From IMG/VR virus record IMGVR_UViG_2513237162_000001, positions 1 to 43,910 of that record: a DNA stretch of 43,910 nt. One strand, given 5' to 3'. Of this stretch, positions 7,955 through 17,587 are shown piece after piece. Within the stretch, counting starts at the first letter, position 1. Every line of letters begins with the position of its first letter. The translations under genes and the position numbers were made by a program. The notes under the pieces were generated by a model, which worked only from the letters and a program-made list of their open reading frames with translations, made no database searches and was not told the DNA's origin. The stretch comes from a virus.

Positions 7955-8138
7955 GCCACAGGAGATTTTGTTGAAGCAGATCGATCACGACCCGAATGAA
8001 AACGCGAAATTCCCGGATTACGGGGATCGTAAATGGGCGAAAGAGAAGTTTGGAGACCCTAAACCGGCCGATCTTTTCTATTACCTGCTGCCTATCGCAG
8101 CCGTAGCAGTCGCCTTGTTTTTGTGGCGCGGGTATTAA
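7953..8138 (+). CDS. Small tail-anchored membrane protein (candidate moron)
   Basis: This is the in-frame ATG 7953 of ORF 7728..8138. The 61-aa product has a hydrophilic Lys/Asp-rich N-terminus and a C-terminal TM helix (LFYYLLPIAAVAVALFLW). It fills the 180-nt gap between two minus-strand genes. No clear SD is present. Confidence 0.4.
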   Translation: MPQEILLKQIDHDPNENAKFPDYGDRKWAKEKFGDPKPADLFYYLLPIAAVAVALFLWRGY

Positions 8139-10048
8139 TTGCCTAGAAGCTTAGGGGCTGCCGTGGAAGTAGCCCCGATTATTCCACGAATGATAGACTC
8201 TTGAGCCTGCGTCAGCCGTTGACCGGTTGCGACAGCGCGAGCTAGTTCAGCCCGTGCCTGCGTCGGCTCTGACTGCAAAAGCATACGCGCGATCATGTCC
8301 CTGGTGGCGGTATTGCGCCCACTCAAGGCATTTACGCCCTGCTGAAGGCCATGCATTGCCGCTCCCCTGAAGCCTCCTGTAGCAAACGCCGATATCATCG
8401 AAGGGTCGAAGCCCTGAACGTCAGCCATGTCGGCGGCGTTGTCGGCCGTAGCTGATCCGCCTAGCGCTCGGTGCGTGGTGTCAAACATGCGCTGCTCTCG
8501 GCCAATCCGCTCCATGAGCTGAGGGCCTTGGCCAGGAGCCGCAAAGGCTGGGAATTCTGCCTGCGTGGCGTCACTGATCAGCGGGCGAGCCTTGTTCGTC
8601 ATTGCCCCCGGGGTCGACTGAACGGTCTCGATGAGCGGGTCGACATAGCCTGCTCTGAACGACTGCTGCTGCTCAGGGCGCGTCATCGCCTGGAAGCGGG
8701 GAATCGTATCTTCCACCCGCCCACGCATGGCGGCATCTCGGCCAACGTTTGCGGCTTCGATATCCTGGCTCTGCTGACGGAAGGTGTTGCGGGCGTTGGC
8801 GTAGAGATCAGAGGAATTCTCAAGCGCGCGATCAAGCTCGTCCCTGATCGGTCGAAGCCGGCCTTGGATGGTCGGGTTTGCATTCTGGATCATGCTATCC
8901 AGTTCGACCTTGGCCCGGAAAGCAGTGTCGAAGTCGCTGACAATATTGTTACCGTCAGTGAGGAGGGATCGAGCACGGTTGACGGCACCTTCAACGCTAT
9001 CGTCTGCGATATTGGTGCGCGGGAGACTGCCGGCAGTCCCAAGGAACTCATCGGCTCGGCCGATCGCGGCAGTGGGGTCTACCGTTCCTGCGGCTGCGCG
9101 AGCGGCTGGATAGTTCACGTCGGCATCGGCACGCCGTAGCGCAGTCAAGGCCTCTTCCGTCTGCTGCTGCGTCTGGGGGGTACCAAAGCCTTCGACGAGG
9201 GCATTTTGAATGCGTCTGCCCTGCCCTGCCTGCCGGCGCTGAAGCTGCTCCTGAATCTGCTGGCGCATATCACCAGGAGAACGAGCAATGCCCGCCAGCA
9301 TGCGTTGGCCAGAATTACCGAGAGCGTCAGAGACCATATATTCCGGTTGGCCCTGCGCTGTAGCGGTGGCAAGGTCGTTGGCAATATCGTCTGGTGTGCT
9401 GCCGGCACGCAGCATAGCTTGCGCGATGGCGTTTTGTGCCCTGCCTGTATTGCCAACGCCGACAAGACCGCCAATGCCCCGAAGCACAGCCCCTCCAGCA
9501 CTTATAACAGGACGAGCCAAGCCGCCCGTGACGCCGCCGATCGCCGCGCCTACCCCAAGGTTCTGATCATGGCCATAGGCAGAAAGCGCACCCTGGGCCG
9601 CGCCAGAAGCCGCGTCAGAGGCCATTCGGCCGGCATACGTCGAGTTCACCGCCTGAGCAACGCGCGGGGCTACCCTTCCAATCAGATTGCCGGCAACGCG
9701 CCCGGTTGCTGCTCCGCCATGGATTGAACCTGCAATAGATGCGGCGGTATTCGCAATTGGGTGTTCGCTGGCATATTGCTCGCGGGCGTTCTGGTATTGC
9801 GACCGGTTTGTGTCGTAAAGCTCGCCGACGCTCTTCCCTTCCCAAGGCGTCTCGCCGGGGAGGGCGGCAAGTCCGGCTTGCGCGAGAGCGCTTAGACCAG
9901 CGCCGGCTTTCCCAGGCAGCCCGAAGCCCATTTCGTCAACATAGGTGGTTGCGGCATCCACCTTCTGATTGCCCGTATCAGCCGCCTTCTGACGGGCGCG
10001 GGCAAGCGCAAGGGCCTGCTGCTGCTCGACGGTCATTTCTTCAGCCAT
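8135..10048 (-). CDS. Internal virion (ejection-type) protein
   Basis: The 637-aa product is Ala/Gly/Gln-rich. It is one of three consecutive large genes between the tail and fibre genes, as in P22/T7-like podoviruses. The call rests on position and composition. Confidence 0.45.
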   Translation of the reverse strand: MAEEMTVEQQQALALARARQKAADTGNQKVDAATTYVDEMGFGLPGKAGAGLSALAQAGLAALPGETPWEGKSVGELYDTNRSQYQNAREQYASEHPIANTAASIAGSIHGGAATGRVAGNLIGRVAPRVAQAVNSTYAGRMASDAASGAAQGALSAYGHDQNLGVGAAIGGVTGGLARPVISAGGAVLRGIGGLVGVGNTGRAQNAIAQAMLRAGSTPDDIANDLATATAQGQPEYMVSDALGNSGQRMLAGIARSPGDMRQQIQEQLQRRQAGQGRRIQNALVEGFGTPQTQQQTEEALTALRRADADVNYPAARAAAGTVDPTAAIGRADEFLGTAGSLPRTNIADDSVEGAVNRARSLLTDGNNIVSDFDTAFRAKVELDSMIQNANPTIQGRLRPIRDELDRALENSSDLYANARNTFRQQSQDIEAANVGRDAAMRGRVEDTIPRFQAMTRPEQQQSFRAGYVDPLIETVQSTPGAMTNKARPLISDATQAEFPAFAAPGQGPQLMERIGREQRMFDTTHRALGGSATADNAADMADVQGFDPSMISAFATGGFRGAAMHGLQQGVNALSGRNTATRDMIARMLLQSEPTQARAELARAVATGQRLTQAQESIIRGIIGATSTAAPKLLGN

Positions 10049-12303
10049 AGTTTCCGATCCTCTGGAGGGACGAACTTCCAGACATTGGCGTCCATACCAT
10101 CCGGGACAGGCATGGAGCTAAGATCTTCTGGCGGCGATTGCGCAGGAGGTGAGCCTGCTGGCTCTTCCATAGGCGGCAGGCTGCCGGCCTGGGCCACGGC
10201 GTTGACCATAGTGCGGATACGCCGCTTCTTGTTGTCGATCGACTCCCTGGACTCACCGGGGCGAGGCGTAAGGATGTCTGTCTGCTTGCGCACTTCTTCC
10301 GGCGTGGCCGTCGCTCCAGACACGCTGTAGAGGTACGAGGAAACGATCGTCTGCAGCGAGTTCGCCGCCTTCTGATATTCTGGCGTGGTCGCGAATTCAC
10401 TGAATGGGAGCCTAGAATAAGCTTGGTTCTTCGGGTCCGTGAGAGCGTTGTAATTGTCCTCAACTATCTGCAACTCCGGCTTGATCACTGAAAACAGCGA
10501 CTGGTTCTTGCGCTCCGCTTCGCTCAGCAGCTTCTGCGGCTTCCCACCAGTCAACGGGATGATGCCGGGATTTCCGGCCGATACGGAATCGTTGGCCTGA
10601 GGAACAGGAGCGTTTTGGGTCTGCCCTGGGGCAGTCTGCATGAGCGGTGCGGCGCTCGGGGCTGCCGCATTGGGTCCGCTATCACCGAATAGATTGATCG
10701 GAGATTGCGACTGATCCATTGGAGCGGCCTGCTGGCCCTGCTGCTGCTTGAAGATGCCTTGAGGCGTGAGGAACATCATCGAGCCCGTGCTCGGGTCCGT
10801 GATCGTCTTTCCGGCGCCGAGCTGCTGTGCCTGCCCCTCGGTAATCTGGCCGCTTTCGATAAGGCCGTTGAGTGACTGTGCCTCGACAGAATTACCGCCA
10901 AAGCGGAACCCAGATCCTCCGCCGGCCTTGGCAGCCTCGTCCTGAGGTCTGAAAGCCTCATGCGTATCTTGGTCGTAGAGCCAGCCATCGCCGAGATTGG
11001 TAACGTTCGCACGCTTCCCGGTCTTTGCCTTGAGAGCCTCAAGCTGCGCGCGCTTATAGTCCTGATCAAGCTGATAGGACGGATCTGCTTTCTGAGAATT
11101 CAGCTTGTAATCCTCGCGGGCACGCCAGGTCTGCTCTTCCTGCTGCTGCTGACCGGCCTGCATCTGCTGCTGAATGAGGATCTGAACGGCCTGCTTCTGG
11201 CCGTCGTTGAGCCACGGGTTCTGCAACGCCTGCAATAGGCGCGGGTCTACCCCGGCGAACGGCCCGCCCTGCTGAGTGGCATTCTGGGCCATCTGCTGCG
11301 GCTGCGGCTGCGGAGGAGCAACGGGAGGCTGAGGAGCCACGGCAGCAACTGGCGGCGCGCTGGCGATCGTTGTAGGCGGGGCGAGCTGCGGAGCCGGCTG
11401 GGTCGGTCCCTGCATTGGCGCGCGACCTTCAGTCGAGATGCGTGGGTCGACATATCCAGGCGTAGGCGGTGGTGCGGGCGCGTTGATCGGCGGGGGTGCA
11501 ATCGGCGCCTCGGCTTGCATGCCAGCAGCGGGATCGAGGCTTGCGACTTCCTGCCCCCCGCCCTGCCCCTGAAAACGCGGCAGAAAGGAATTTGCAAGAG
11601 AAAGACGATGGGCAGCGTTCGGATTCCCCGGCTGATCATAGTCCTTGAAGGCCCATGCGTTGTTCATGAGCCGCTGCGCTTCATCGACGCTCTTGGCATT
11701 ATTCAGCTTTGCCACGAGATCAGGATTTTCCTGAAGGAAGAATTGGGCCTGCTGTTCAGGCGTGCCGTTAGTTCCGCCGGCAAACTTTTGCAGGTTGGCG
11801 AGACGTGGGCCATTCCACGACATGATGCCGCCGGCATTATTGGCGCCATCATTCCAGGTCCTGCCTGCATTCTTCGGAGAAAAACCGCTCTCTGCCTGTC
11901 CTGTGGCAGCGACGGCCGCAAGTCCATACGGGTTGTTGATGCTTGACTTCACGGTGTCGATAAAGGGGCTGTAAACCTCTCCTGGCTGGCTCGATGCGAC
12001 TGGAACATCACCAGACGGTGAAACGGCTGGCATGGCCGAGCCCGTTGCTCCCGGCGCCGAAGGTGTGCCGAGAATGCTGTTGAACAGCGAATTGGCGGAG
12101 CTTTGACCAGCCTCTTCCGCCCTGTTGGCGCGGCGATCGAGGACATTCGCAACGATGCCGTCGCCAAGGGCGTTCAGGCCCTCGCCGATGTTCTTCGGGG
12201 CATTCGAGGCGCCCATGATCGCGCGCACCAGATCACGCTTGCGCTTGATGGATTCGGGGGTTTCTCCGGTAGAGCCGCCGAAGAGGAAAGACGGAACCGC
12301 CAT
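10033..12303 (-). CDS. Internal virion protein with phage tail-lysozyme type peptidoglycan hydrolase domain
   Basis: It has the motif AATGQAESGFSPKNAGRTWNDGANNAGGIMSWNGPRLANLQKF (phage tail lysozyme-like). This is followed by a long Pro/Gln-rich low-complexity linker. Confidence 0.6.
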   Translation of the reverse strand: MAVPSFLFGGSTGETPESIKRKRDLVRAIMGASNAPKNIGEGLNALGDGIVANVLDRRANRAEEAGQSSANSLFNSILGTPSAPGATGSAMPAVSPSGDVPVASSQPGEVYSPFIDTVKSSINNPYGLAAVAATGQAESGFSPKNAGRTWNDGANNAGGIMSWNGPRLANLQKFAGGTNGTPEQQAQFFLQENPDLVAKLNNAKSVDEAQRLMNNAWAFKDYDQPGNPNAAHRLSLANSFLPRFQGQGGGQEVASLDPAAGMQAEAPIAPPPINAPAPPPTPGYVDPRISTEGRAPMQGPTQPAPQLAPPTTIASAPPVAAVAPQPPVAPPQPQPQQMAQNATQQGGPFAGVDPRLLQALQNPWLNDGQKQAVQILIQQQMQAGQQQQEEQTWRAREDYKLNSQKADPSYQLDQDYKRAQLEALKAKTGKRANVTNLGDGWLYDQDTHEAFRPQDEAAKAGGGSGFRFGGNSVEAQSLNGLIESGQITEGQAQQLGAGKTITDPSTGSMMFLTPQGIFKQQQGQQAAPMDQSQSPINLFGDSGPNAAAPSAAPLMQTAPGQTQNAPVPQANDSVSAGNPGIIPLTGGKPQKLLSEAERKNQSLFSVIKPELQIVEDNYNALTDPKNQAYSRLPFSEFATTPEYQKAANSLQTIVSSYLYSVSGATATPEEVRKQTDILTPRPGESRESIDNKKRRIRTMVNAVAQAGSLPPMEEPAGSPPAQSPPEDLSSMPVPDGMDANVWKFVPPEDRKLWLKK

Positions 12304-13238
12304 TATTTAACCCCCGCTGCGAATAGCTTGCCGTAATTCACCTGCTTCAGGCCGTCTTTGCGCTCGGAAACGGCATCGGGACGCTTCTTTTCCACGTCCT
12401 GTGCCATGACGCCGACATGTCGCTTACCGTCGCCCTTCCCCTTCTTGTATTTGAAGGAATAGAGCTTGTGCCCCGCCATCTCGCCGACAGGTTCAATTTC
12501 TTTCTTGGCGCGCTCGTCGGACAGACCGATCAGCTTTCCGCCAAGGCCGAACAGGCCGCCGATGAGGCCGTTGGACTGCTGCATCTGGGTGTTGTAGGCG
12601 CCGACCTGGTTCTGATAGTTTTGGTCAACCATGCCGGCATAATCGACGTTCGGAAGGCTCGGCTGGTTTGTGCCGGCGCCGAACTGCGGCATGGAAACCT
12701 GAGATCCGGACATCAGGGCGGAAATCTCGTTGAGCGGCTGGTTTCGTTCAGTCAGGATGTCCTGCACCGCCTGGCCGTGGCCCTGAAGTATAAGCTGGTT
12801 ATAGGCGTCGTTGGTGCCCTGGTTGAAGGTGTTCTGTTCACGGCTATAGGCGTCTGAGCCTGCCTTGATGCCCTGATTGGCAAGCCTGGTGCGCAGATCC
12901 TCGTCGCGCTGGGCAATGAGCGGGGCGAGGCGCTGGTTGGCCAGATCCATCGTCCGCGCTTCGGTAGCCTGTGTGTCGAGGCTGACGGGCTTGGCCAGGT
13001 AATCCTTGAGGAAATTGGATTGCTGGTTAGCGATCGTGCCGAGGTTGAGGCTTGCCGCGTCCGACTGGTCCTTGATCGCCTGCTGCTGCTGCGAAAGGGT
13101 CGTCGTCTGGTTATATTGCGGAATATTGTATGTCGCGCCGGACGTTGGGTCTGTGAACGACTTGCTGCCGGTGGTCGAATAGACGACAGAGCCATCCGGC
13201 CCGTACTGGTTGACGTTGCCAAGCTGAGCATTCGCCAA
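12303..13238 (-). CDS. Virion protein with C-terminal peptidase S74 intramolecular chaperone domain
   Basis: The C-terminus GLSDERAKKEIEPVG...YSFKYK...HVGVMAQDVEKKRPDAV...VNYGKL matches the endosialidase-chaperone motif. The track start is TTG 13238 without an SD. The frame stays open to 13339, with AGGAGG-N6-ATC at 13319 (see findings). Confidence 0.75.
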   Translation of the reverse strand: MANAQLGNVNQYGPDGSVVYSTTGSKSFTDPTSGATYNIPQYNQTTTLSQQQQAIKDQSDAASLNLGTIANQQSNFLKDYLAKPVSLDTQATEARTMDLANQRLAPLIAQRDEDLRTRLANQGIKAGSDAYSREQNTFNQGTNDAYNQLILQGHGQAVQDILTERNQPLNEISALMSGSQVSMPQFGAGTNQPSLPNVDYAGMVDQNYQNQVGAYNTQMQQSNGLIGGLFGLGGKLIGLSDERAKKEIEPVGEMAGHKLYSFKYKKGKGDGKRHVGVMAQDVEKKRPDAVSERKDGLKQVNYGKLFAAGVK

Positions 13239-13342
13239 AGCCGTGGTGACATTTGTCCCGGTTTGAGCTGCTGCCGTCTCTTTCGGATCTGGAGCTTTAG
13301 GTGCTTTTGGCTTGCCGATGGCACACCTCCTGTTGACTTTCT

Positions 13343-14041
13343 ATGGGAAACCCTTTAGAAGCCAATCCTATGTTAGATGATCGTTTCTGGAACAAAGTCG
13401 ACAAGTCCGCGCCCAATGGATGCTGGGAATGGACGTCCAACAAAAACAACAAGGGCTACGGCATGTTTAAGGTCAGTGCCGCCGCCGGGAATGCTTTGGC
13501 CCACCGACTATCCTATAAGGACTCGGTTGGCCCCATCCCGAGGGGAGCCCTTATTCTGCACTCGTGCGACAACCCTATCTGCGTCAACCCCGCCCATTTA
13601 CGAGCCGGAAACCACCAACAGAATGTCGCTGATATGGACGAAAGAGGGAGGAGAAAAGCTCCTCACCTCAAAGGCGAAACTAATCCGGGTTCGAAACTGA
13701 CTGATGCCGAAGTAATCGAGATCCGCCGCTCCTACATTGCCGGCGAACATCGAGACAGCATTGCCGCTCGGTATGGACTTTCTCCGCTATCCGTTCCTGA
13801 CCTCGTTGGCGGCAAAGGTTGGAAGCACTTACTCGGCAAGGATGGCTCTCCGACCCTCGATGAACTGAAGGCCGCATCTAAACGAAATCAGAAGACCAAC
13901 GCGAAGGTTACTAAGGCCATCGCCGAGGAGATCCGCCGCCGCCTTTCCAATGGCGAACTAGGCAAAGACCTCGCTGTCGAGTATGGCATCCACAAAGCCA
14001 CTATTTCCGACATCAAGCTTCGGAAGATATGGGCCGGTTGA
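13343..14041 (+). CDS. Free-standing HNH (HNH_3 type) homing endonuclease with C-terminal HTH repeats
   Basis: It has the motif NGCWEW...GYG...AHRLSY...GPIPRGALILHSCDNPICVNPAHLRAGNHQQN. It is on the opposite strand inside the structural operon. Its 3' end overlaps the convergent gene by 29 nt. Confidence 0.85.
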   Translation: MGNPLEANPMLDDRFWNKVDKSAPNGCWEWTSNKNNKGYGMFKVSAAAGNALAHRLSYKDSVGPIPRGALILHSCDNPICVNPAHLRAGNHQQNVADMDERGRRKAPHLKGETNPGSKLTDAEVIEIRRSYIAGEHRDSIAARYGLSPLSVPDLVGGKGWKHLLGKDGSPTLDELKAASKRNQKTNAKVTKAIAEEIRRRLSNGELGKDLAVEYGIHKATISDIKLRKIWAG

Positions 14042-14474
14042 ACTTATTCGCGGCCCACGTTTCGCGGGTCGTCAGGAAGATATTCTCGGCTGCGTTTTCG
14101 CCTCTGAGGCGTGGAATGCGGTATCTCTCCGCGCCAAAGGCTGTCAGCATGCGATGCTGCGCCTTGTCGTCGTCGGAAACGCGCTGAATGACGGCCTGGC
14201 AGCCGCAATCGATGAATGGATATCCGTACATTGCCTTGAGGACAGGTCGAGTCAGCCATCCCTTGACCCAAGAAGCTCCAGATATCTCGATGACGTGAGC
14301 GTCAACGTCGTAATTATGATAGATGAGCCCAGCAGCCAGATTTCCGTCATGCATGACGACTATCCCTTGACATTCCCCGAATGTCCTGCCTTTCGTCGGC
14401 CAAATGCGATCGGCGACGAGAGAAGAGAGCGTTTCCGTCTCATCCCCCGGCTTGGCAAAGGCCCATGTGATCAC
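14013..14474 (-). CDS. GNAT-like acetyltransferase (tentative)
   Basis: At 153 aa it has GNAT-like size and pattern (AAGLIYHNYD...IEISGAS...WLTRPVL...YPF...G). This is motif impression only. Confidence 0.4.
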   Translation of the reverse strand: MITWAFAKPGDETETLSSLVADRIWPTKGRTFGECQGIVVMHDGNLAAGLIYHNYDVDAHVIEISGASWVKGWLTRPVLKAMYGYPFIDCGCQAVIQRVSDDDKAQHRMLTAFGAERYRIPRLRGENAAENIFLTTRETWAANKFNRPISSEA

Positions 14475-16069
14475 GTCATCACCGATCCGGCTTCATAGAG
14501 AACGTCGAAGGCGACCAATTCAGTGCGCGGCGTCGGCGTGATGCCGCAGGTGATCTGCACCTGCGGGGAGATGGAAAAACCTGTCTTGCCGATCGACACC
14601 CATTTCGTGCTGACAGACGTCGCTTGCCCTGCATCCCATATCGCAACATCCCAGAGACCGACATCCCAGACGTCAGCAGAAAAGTCCGCAGCAGACGACG
14701 GCGGGAACGGAACATTGACGGAATAATTGACCGAAGCGCTGATCTGCGCGATGAACGGCACATTTGATTTGAAGATTGATCGCGCCTGGTTGATTGTCTT
14801 GGTCACCCCTGGCGAATCGACGTGATCAGGCAGGCCGACATAGGTGCAGACATAAGGGACACCGTCATCACTACCCGTTATGTCCATGCGGTGGACAGTG
14901 CCGACGCTGGAGCCGAAATAGCAATTACCGGCGAATAGGCCGATGCAGCGCACGTTCCAGCCGGTGAAATAGCCCCATGCCCCGGTTTTGAGGTTCGAGG
15001 CGTAGCAGAGCGATGGTTGGGCATCCGTCACGGACGGCAGCGAGACGACCATCATGTTGTTTGTCGGCCACTTGACGATTTCCCAAGGGACAGAGCGCCG
15101 GTTGACGACTTCTTTCTTCCACTCCGTCTCGATCGTGCTCGTTACTGCCGAAATGGAGAGAGCTGCAGAGTCCTTGCGGACGGCTTCCGAGATTGGAACG
15201 ATGCCGTCTTCGGTCGCAATCAGCAGATCACCTCCGGCTTGCATGGTAGCATTGGCCCCCATTGGCGGCGTGATGCTGTAAAGACCGACCTTCTGCCAGT
15301 CCGTGGCGCTTCCTGGGTTCGTCCCCTGATAAACAGCAACCTCGCCTTCGGTGGAGACGAAGACGCATTTGTCATCGAGACCATCGCCGGAATCGAGCGA
15401 CCATTTGCCGCCGAATAGCAGCGATCCGCCCTTCTGGAAGATGCCTGCCAGGCTGAATTTCGACAAGGCGCCGTTGATGCTGTCGACCGGCAGATACCAA
15501 GCCGACATGGTGTTTTTTTCGACGTAGAAAAGCCGGCTTGCAAACAGCCAGACGAAGGAAAGGTTCGCAGGCGTTGGGATGCCGGTAAAGGCATGATTGG
15601 CCCACGTCGCGCCATCATAGTATTTCGGCGTATCAGTGCCGTTCACGATCGACAGAATGGTAACGCCCGCGTTGCTGGCCTGGGCCGTAGAATAATATCC
15701 GCTAGTCTGCCCGGTGACGACCGGCGTCGGGATGACGTTCGGGTCGGCAACCGTCGTTATGTTGAAAATCTTCGTTTGGTCAGAGGCAAAGAACTCCTCA
15801 ACCTGGCCACTCTTGAACGTCCACGTCCTAAGCACAGGCCCGGAGGAGATCGTCGCGTATTTCAGCGATCCACCGCGGGTGCGAATGCCGGTCGTCGTCG
15901 GGAACCAGTTCTCGAGAATTTGCGCGCCGCCTGGCTGAGACATCGCAAGGTTTTCGTTGGTGATCCAGCCGCGCGACGGTGCCGGGAACGTCTTGCTCCT
16001 GTCGCGAGGCGCCTGTGGGTTTGGTTGGGCTGTCTGCCTGACCTGAGCGCGAGCAGGCTTTACTGCCAT
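14471..16069 (-). CDS. Tail tubular/nozzle-type protein (tentative)
   Basis: The 532-aa product is beta-rich. It sits downstream of the adaptor-like genes and upstream of the internal virion genes. Confidence 0.4.
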   Translation of the reverse strand: MAVKPARAQVRQTAQPNPQAPRDRSKTFPAPSRGWITNENLAMSQPGGAQILENWFPTTTGIRTRGGSLKYATISSGPVLRTWTFKSGQVEEFFASDQTKIFNITTVADPNVIPTPVVTGQTSGYYSTAQASNAGVTILSIVNGTDTPKYYDGATWANHAFTGIPTPANLSFVWLFASRLFYVEKNTMSAWYLPVDSINGALSKFSLAGIFQKGGSLLFGGKWSLDSGDGLDDKCVFVSTEGEVAVYQGTNPGSATDWQKVGLYSITPPMGANATMQAGGDLLIATEDGIVPISEAVRKDSAALSISAVTSTIETEWKKEVVNRRSVPWEIVKWPTNNMMVVSLPSVTDAQPSLCYASNLKTGAWGYFTGWNVRCIGLFAGNCYFGSSVGTVHRMDITGSDDGVPYVCTYVGLPDHVDSPGVTKTINQARSIFKSNVPFIAQISASVNYSVNVPFPPSSAADFSADVWDVGLWDVAIWDAGQATSVSTKWVSIGKTGFSISPQVQITCGITPTPRTELVAFDVLYEAGSVMT

Positions 16070-16680
16070 GGAGAACGGTCCTGCATGTCTGTTCCGGCGA
16101 GATCGGTCAGGATGGCCTCGAATTCGGCGAGGTAATCGCTGAAATCCTCTCCAGCCTTGCGTTTGAAGCGCCAGATCGTACCCTTGAGGACCAGTTCGTC
16201 AGGGACCAGAGGCGTATTCGCGTCGTTGTCCCAATTCGCTGTTCCGTTCGAGCACCAATTCTTGGTCACGTAGGAGACCGAGATAGACGTTGCTGCGGCC
16301 GGGTATGGATAGAATGAGATCGAGGACGTGCCGTTGACGCGGAAATAACGGGGCGTGCCCATGGTCGGCGTCAAAGCAAACCATTCGTCCTGGCTGATGC
16401 CGCCGCGGAGCGGGACGCCGCCGATCTTCACTGCGCTGCCGAGCGTCAACCGTGCAAAGCCGGACGGGAGGGAAAAGTTGTCATTCGTGCCGGTGCCAGT
16501 GATCGTGGCTGGCGTGCTGCGAAGTGCTGCCCAATCGGCGCGTCTTGCGATCTCGTCGGCCGCTTCCTTGGCGAACTGCACCAACTCCACATATTCGCGC
16601 TCAGTGTTCGCAACTGCGCTGGTCGGCACATCGAGACCGACATTCTTGCAGACAGCGGCGATGATCTCCAGAATCGTCAT
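16060..16680 (-). CDS. Tail tubular/adaptor-associated virion protein (tentative)
   Basis: The 206-aa product has an N-terminal pattern (MTILEIIAAVCKNVGLDVP...) seen in podovirus virion proteins. The call is partly by position. Confidence 0.35.
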   Translation of the reverse strand: MTILEIIAAVCKNVGLDVPTSAVANTEREYVELVQFAKEAADEIARRADWAALRSTPATITGTGTNDNFSLPSGFARLTLGSAVKIGGVPLRGGISQDEWFALTPTMGTPRYFRVNGTSSISFYPYPAAATSISVSYVTKNWCSNGTANWDNDANTPLVPDELVLKGTIWRFKRKAGEDFSDYLAEFEAILTDLAGTDMQDRSPWQ

Positions 16681-17267
16681 GGGGTCACCATCTGAATGCG
16701 AACCGTCGTATTTGACCAGCGGGCGCGGTCGTCATCGACCTTCATGTCATTGAGCGCTTGAGCAAAGAGTGATTGCGTGGCCTGTGCAAGTTCCATATCC
16801 CGAAGGAATTTCGCAGCCTCAAGGCCAACTGCGTAGAGATAGACGCTCGGATAATCCCGCAGCAGCCAATTCGTCGTCGAGACGCTGGTGGTGAGTGTCG
16901 GGATCTTGGCGAAATAGGTGATGTCTCGGTCGCCGGAGACGCCATAGATCAGGATGTCTGAGCCATCGATCGCATATCGCGAATATTCCGAGCCGCTACG
17001 GTTCACATCTGCCAGCGAGCCGGCGCGCATCGCTGCACCATAAAGGCCGAAGACGTTGATCATTTCGAGGAAGTCGGCAGGGAGCGGAGAAACGCCGGCC
17101 GTGAAGGTCAGCGTATCTGAGGTGATCTGCTCACGATGCCGGAGCTTCTGGTTCAGCGTGCTTTCCGCCATCTGCACAAGGCGCGGCATGACATCGGAGA
17201 TGTTGCGATTGCCGACATGCTCGGCCACGGCGACCCGTAGATCCAGATAATCGGCGAAAGCAACCAT
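16677..17267 (-). CDS. Head-tail adaptor (tentative)
   Basis: The 196-aa product has the N-terminal pattern YLDLRVAVAEHVGNRNISDVMPRLVQMAESTLNQKLR, typical of head-tail connector/adaptor proteins. Confidence 0.4.
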   Translation of the reverse strand: MVAFADYLDLRVAVAEHVGNRNISDVMPRLVQMAESTLNQKLRHREQITSDTLTFTAGVSPLPADFLEMINVFGLYGAAMRAGSLADVNRSGSEYSRYAIDGSDILIYGVSGDRDITYFAKIPTLTTSVSTTNWLLRDYPSVYLYAVGLEAAKFLRDMELAQATQSLFAQALNDMKVDDDRARWSNTTVRIQMVTP

Positions 17268-17587
17268 CAGAGATTCCCTTCCTTCGTCCGCCAGGCTCGA
17301 TTGTCGCTGGAATTGAAGAACCGCTTGACGAACCTGTCGTCGCCTTCAGTCTGTGCCTGCATTAGGCCGGCGTCATAGGCGACGTTGAGCGGTATCGAGG
17401 CAACACGATGCCAGTCGCCACGCCATGCCTTTTCGGCGACGTTACGGACGGCCTGATTTTCACTCATGAGATTGTCGACGGGGTAATCCGTGCGGAACAC
17501 GTCTTTCTCCCCGTCGAAATAATGCCAGACAGATCGACCTGTCTGGAAATCATAGTCGTAGAGCGTCCAGTCGCCGTCTCGGATCAT
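17267..17587 (-). CDS. Hypothetical protein
   Basis: From the ORF track. It overlaps both neighbours at start and stop. Confidence 0.6.
   Translation of the reverse strand: MIRDGDWTLYDYDFQTGRSVWHYFDGEKDVFRTDYPVDNLMSENQAVRNVAEKAWRGDWHRVASIPLNVAYDAGLMQAQTEGDDRFVKRFFNSSDNRAWRTKEGNL

Noticed and set aside
11250-11520. A Pro/Gln/Ala-rich stretch, considered as a possible tandem DNA repeat or contingency locus.
   Set aside because: It is low-complexity at the protein level only. I see no exact nucleotide repeat unit. It is most simply a flexible linker in the internal virion protein.
12752-13324. A 190-aa minus-strand ORF starting at GTG 13324, one nt after the AGGAGG.
   Set aside because: It is an off-frame overlap of the S74-domain gene. 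Its composition is Arg/Ser/Thr/Pro-rich. The start is too close to the SD. The other frame carries the recognisable domain.
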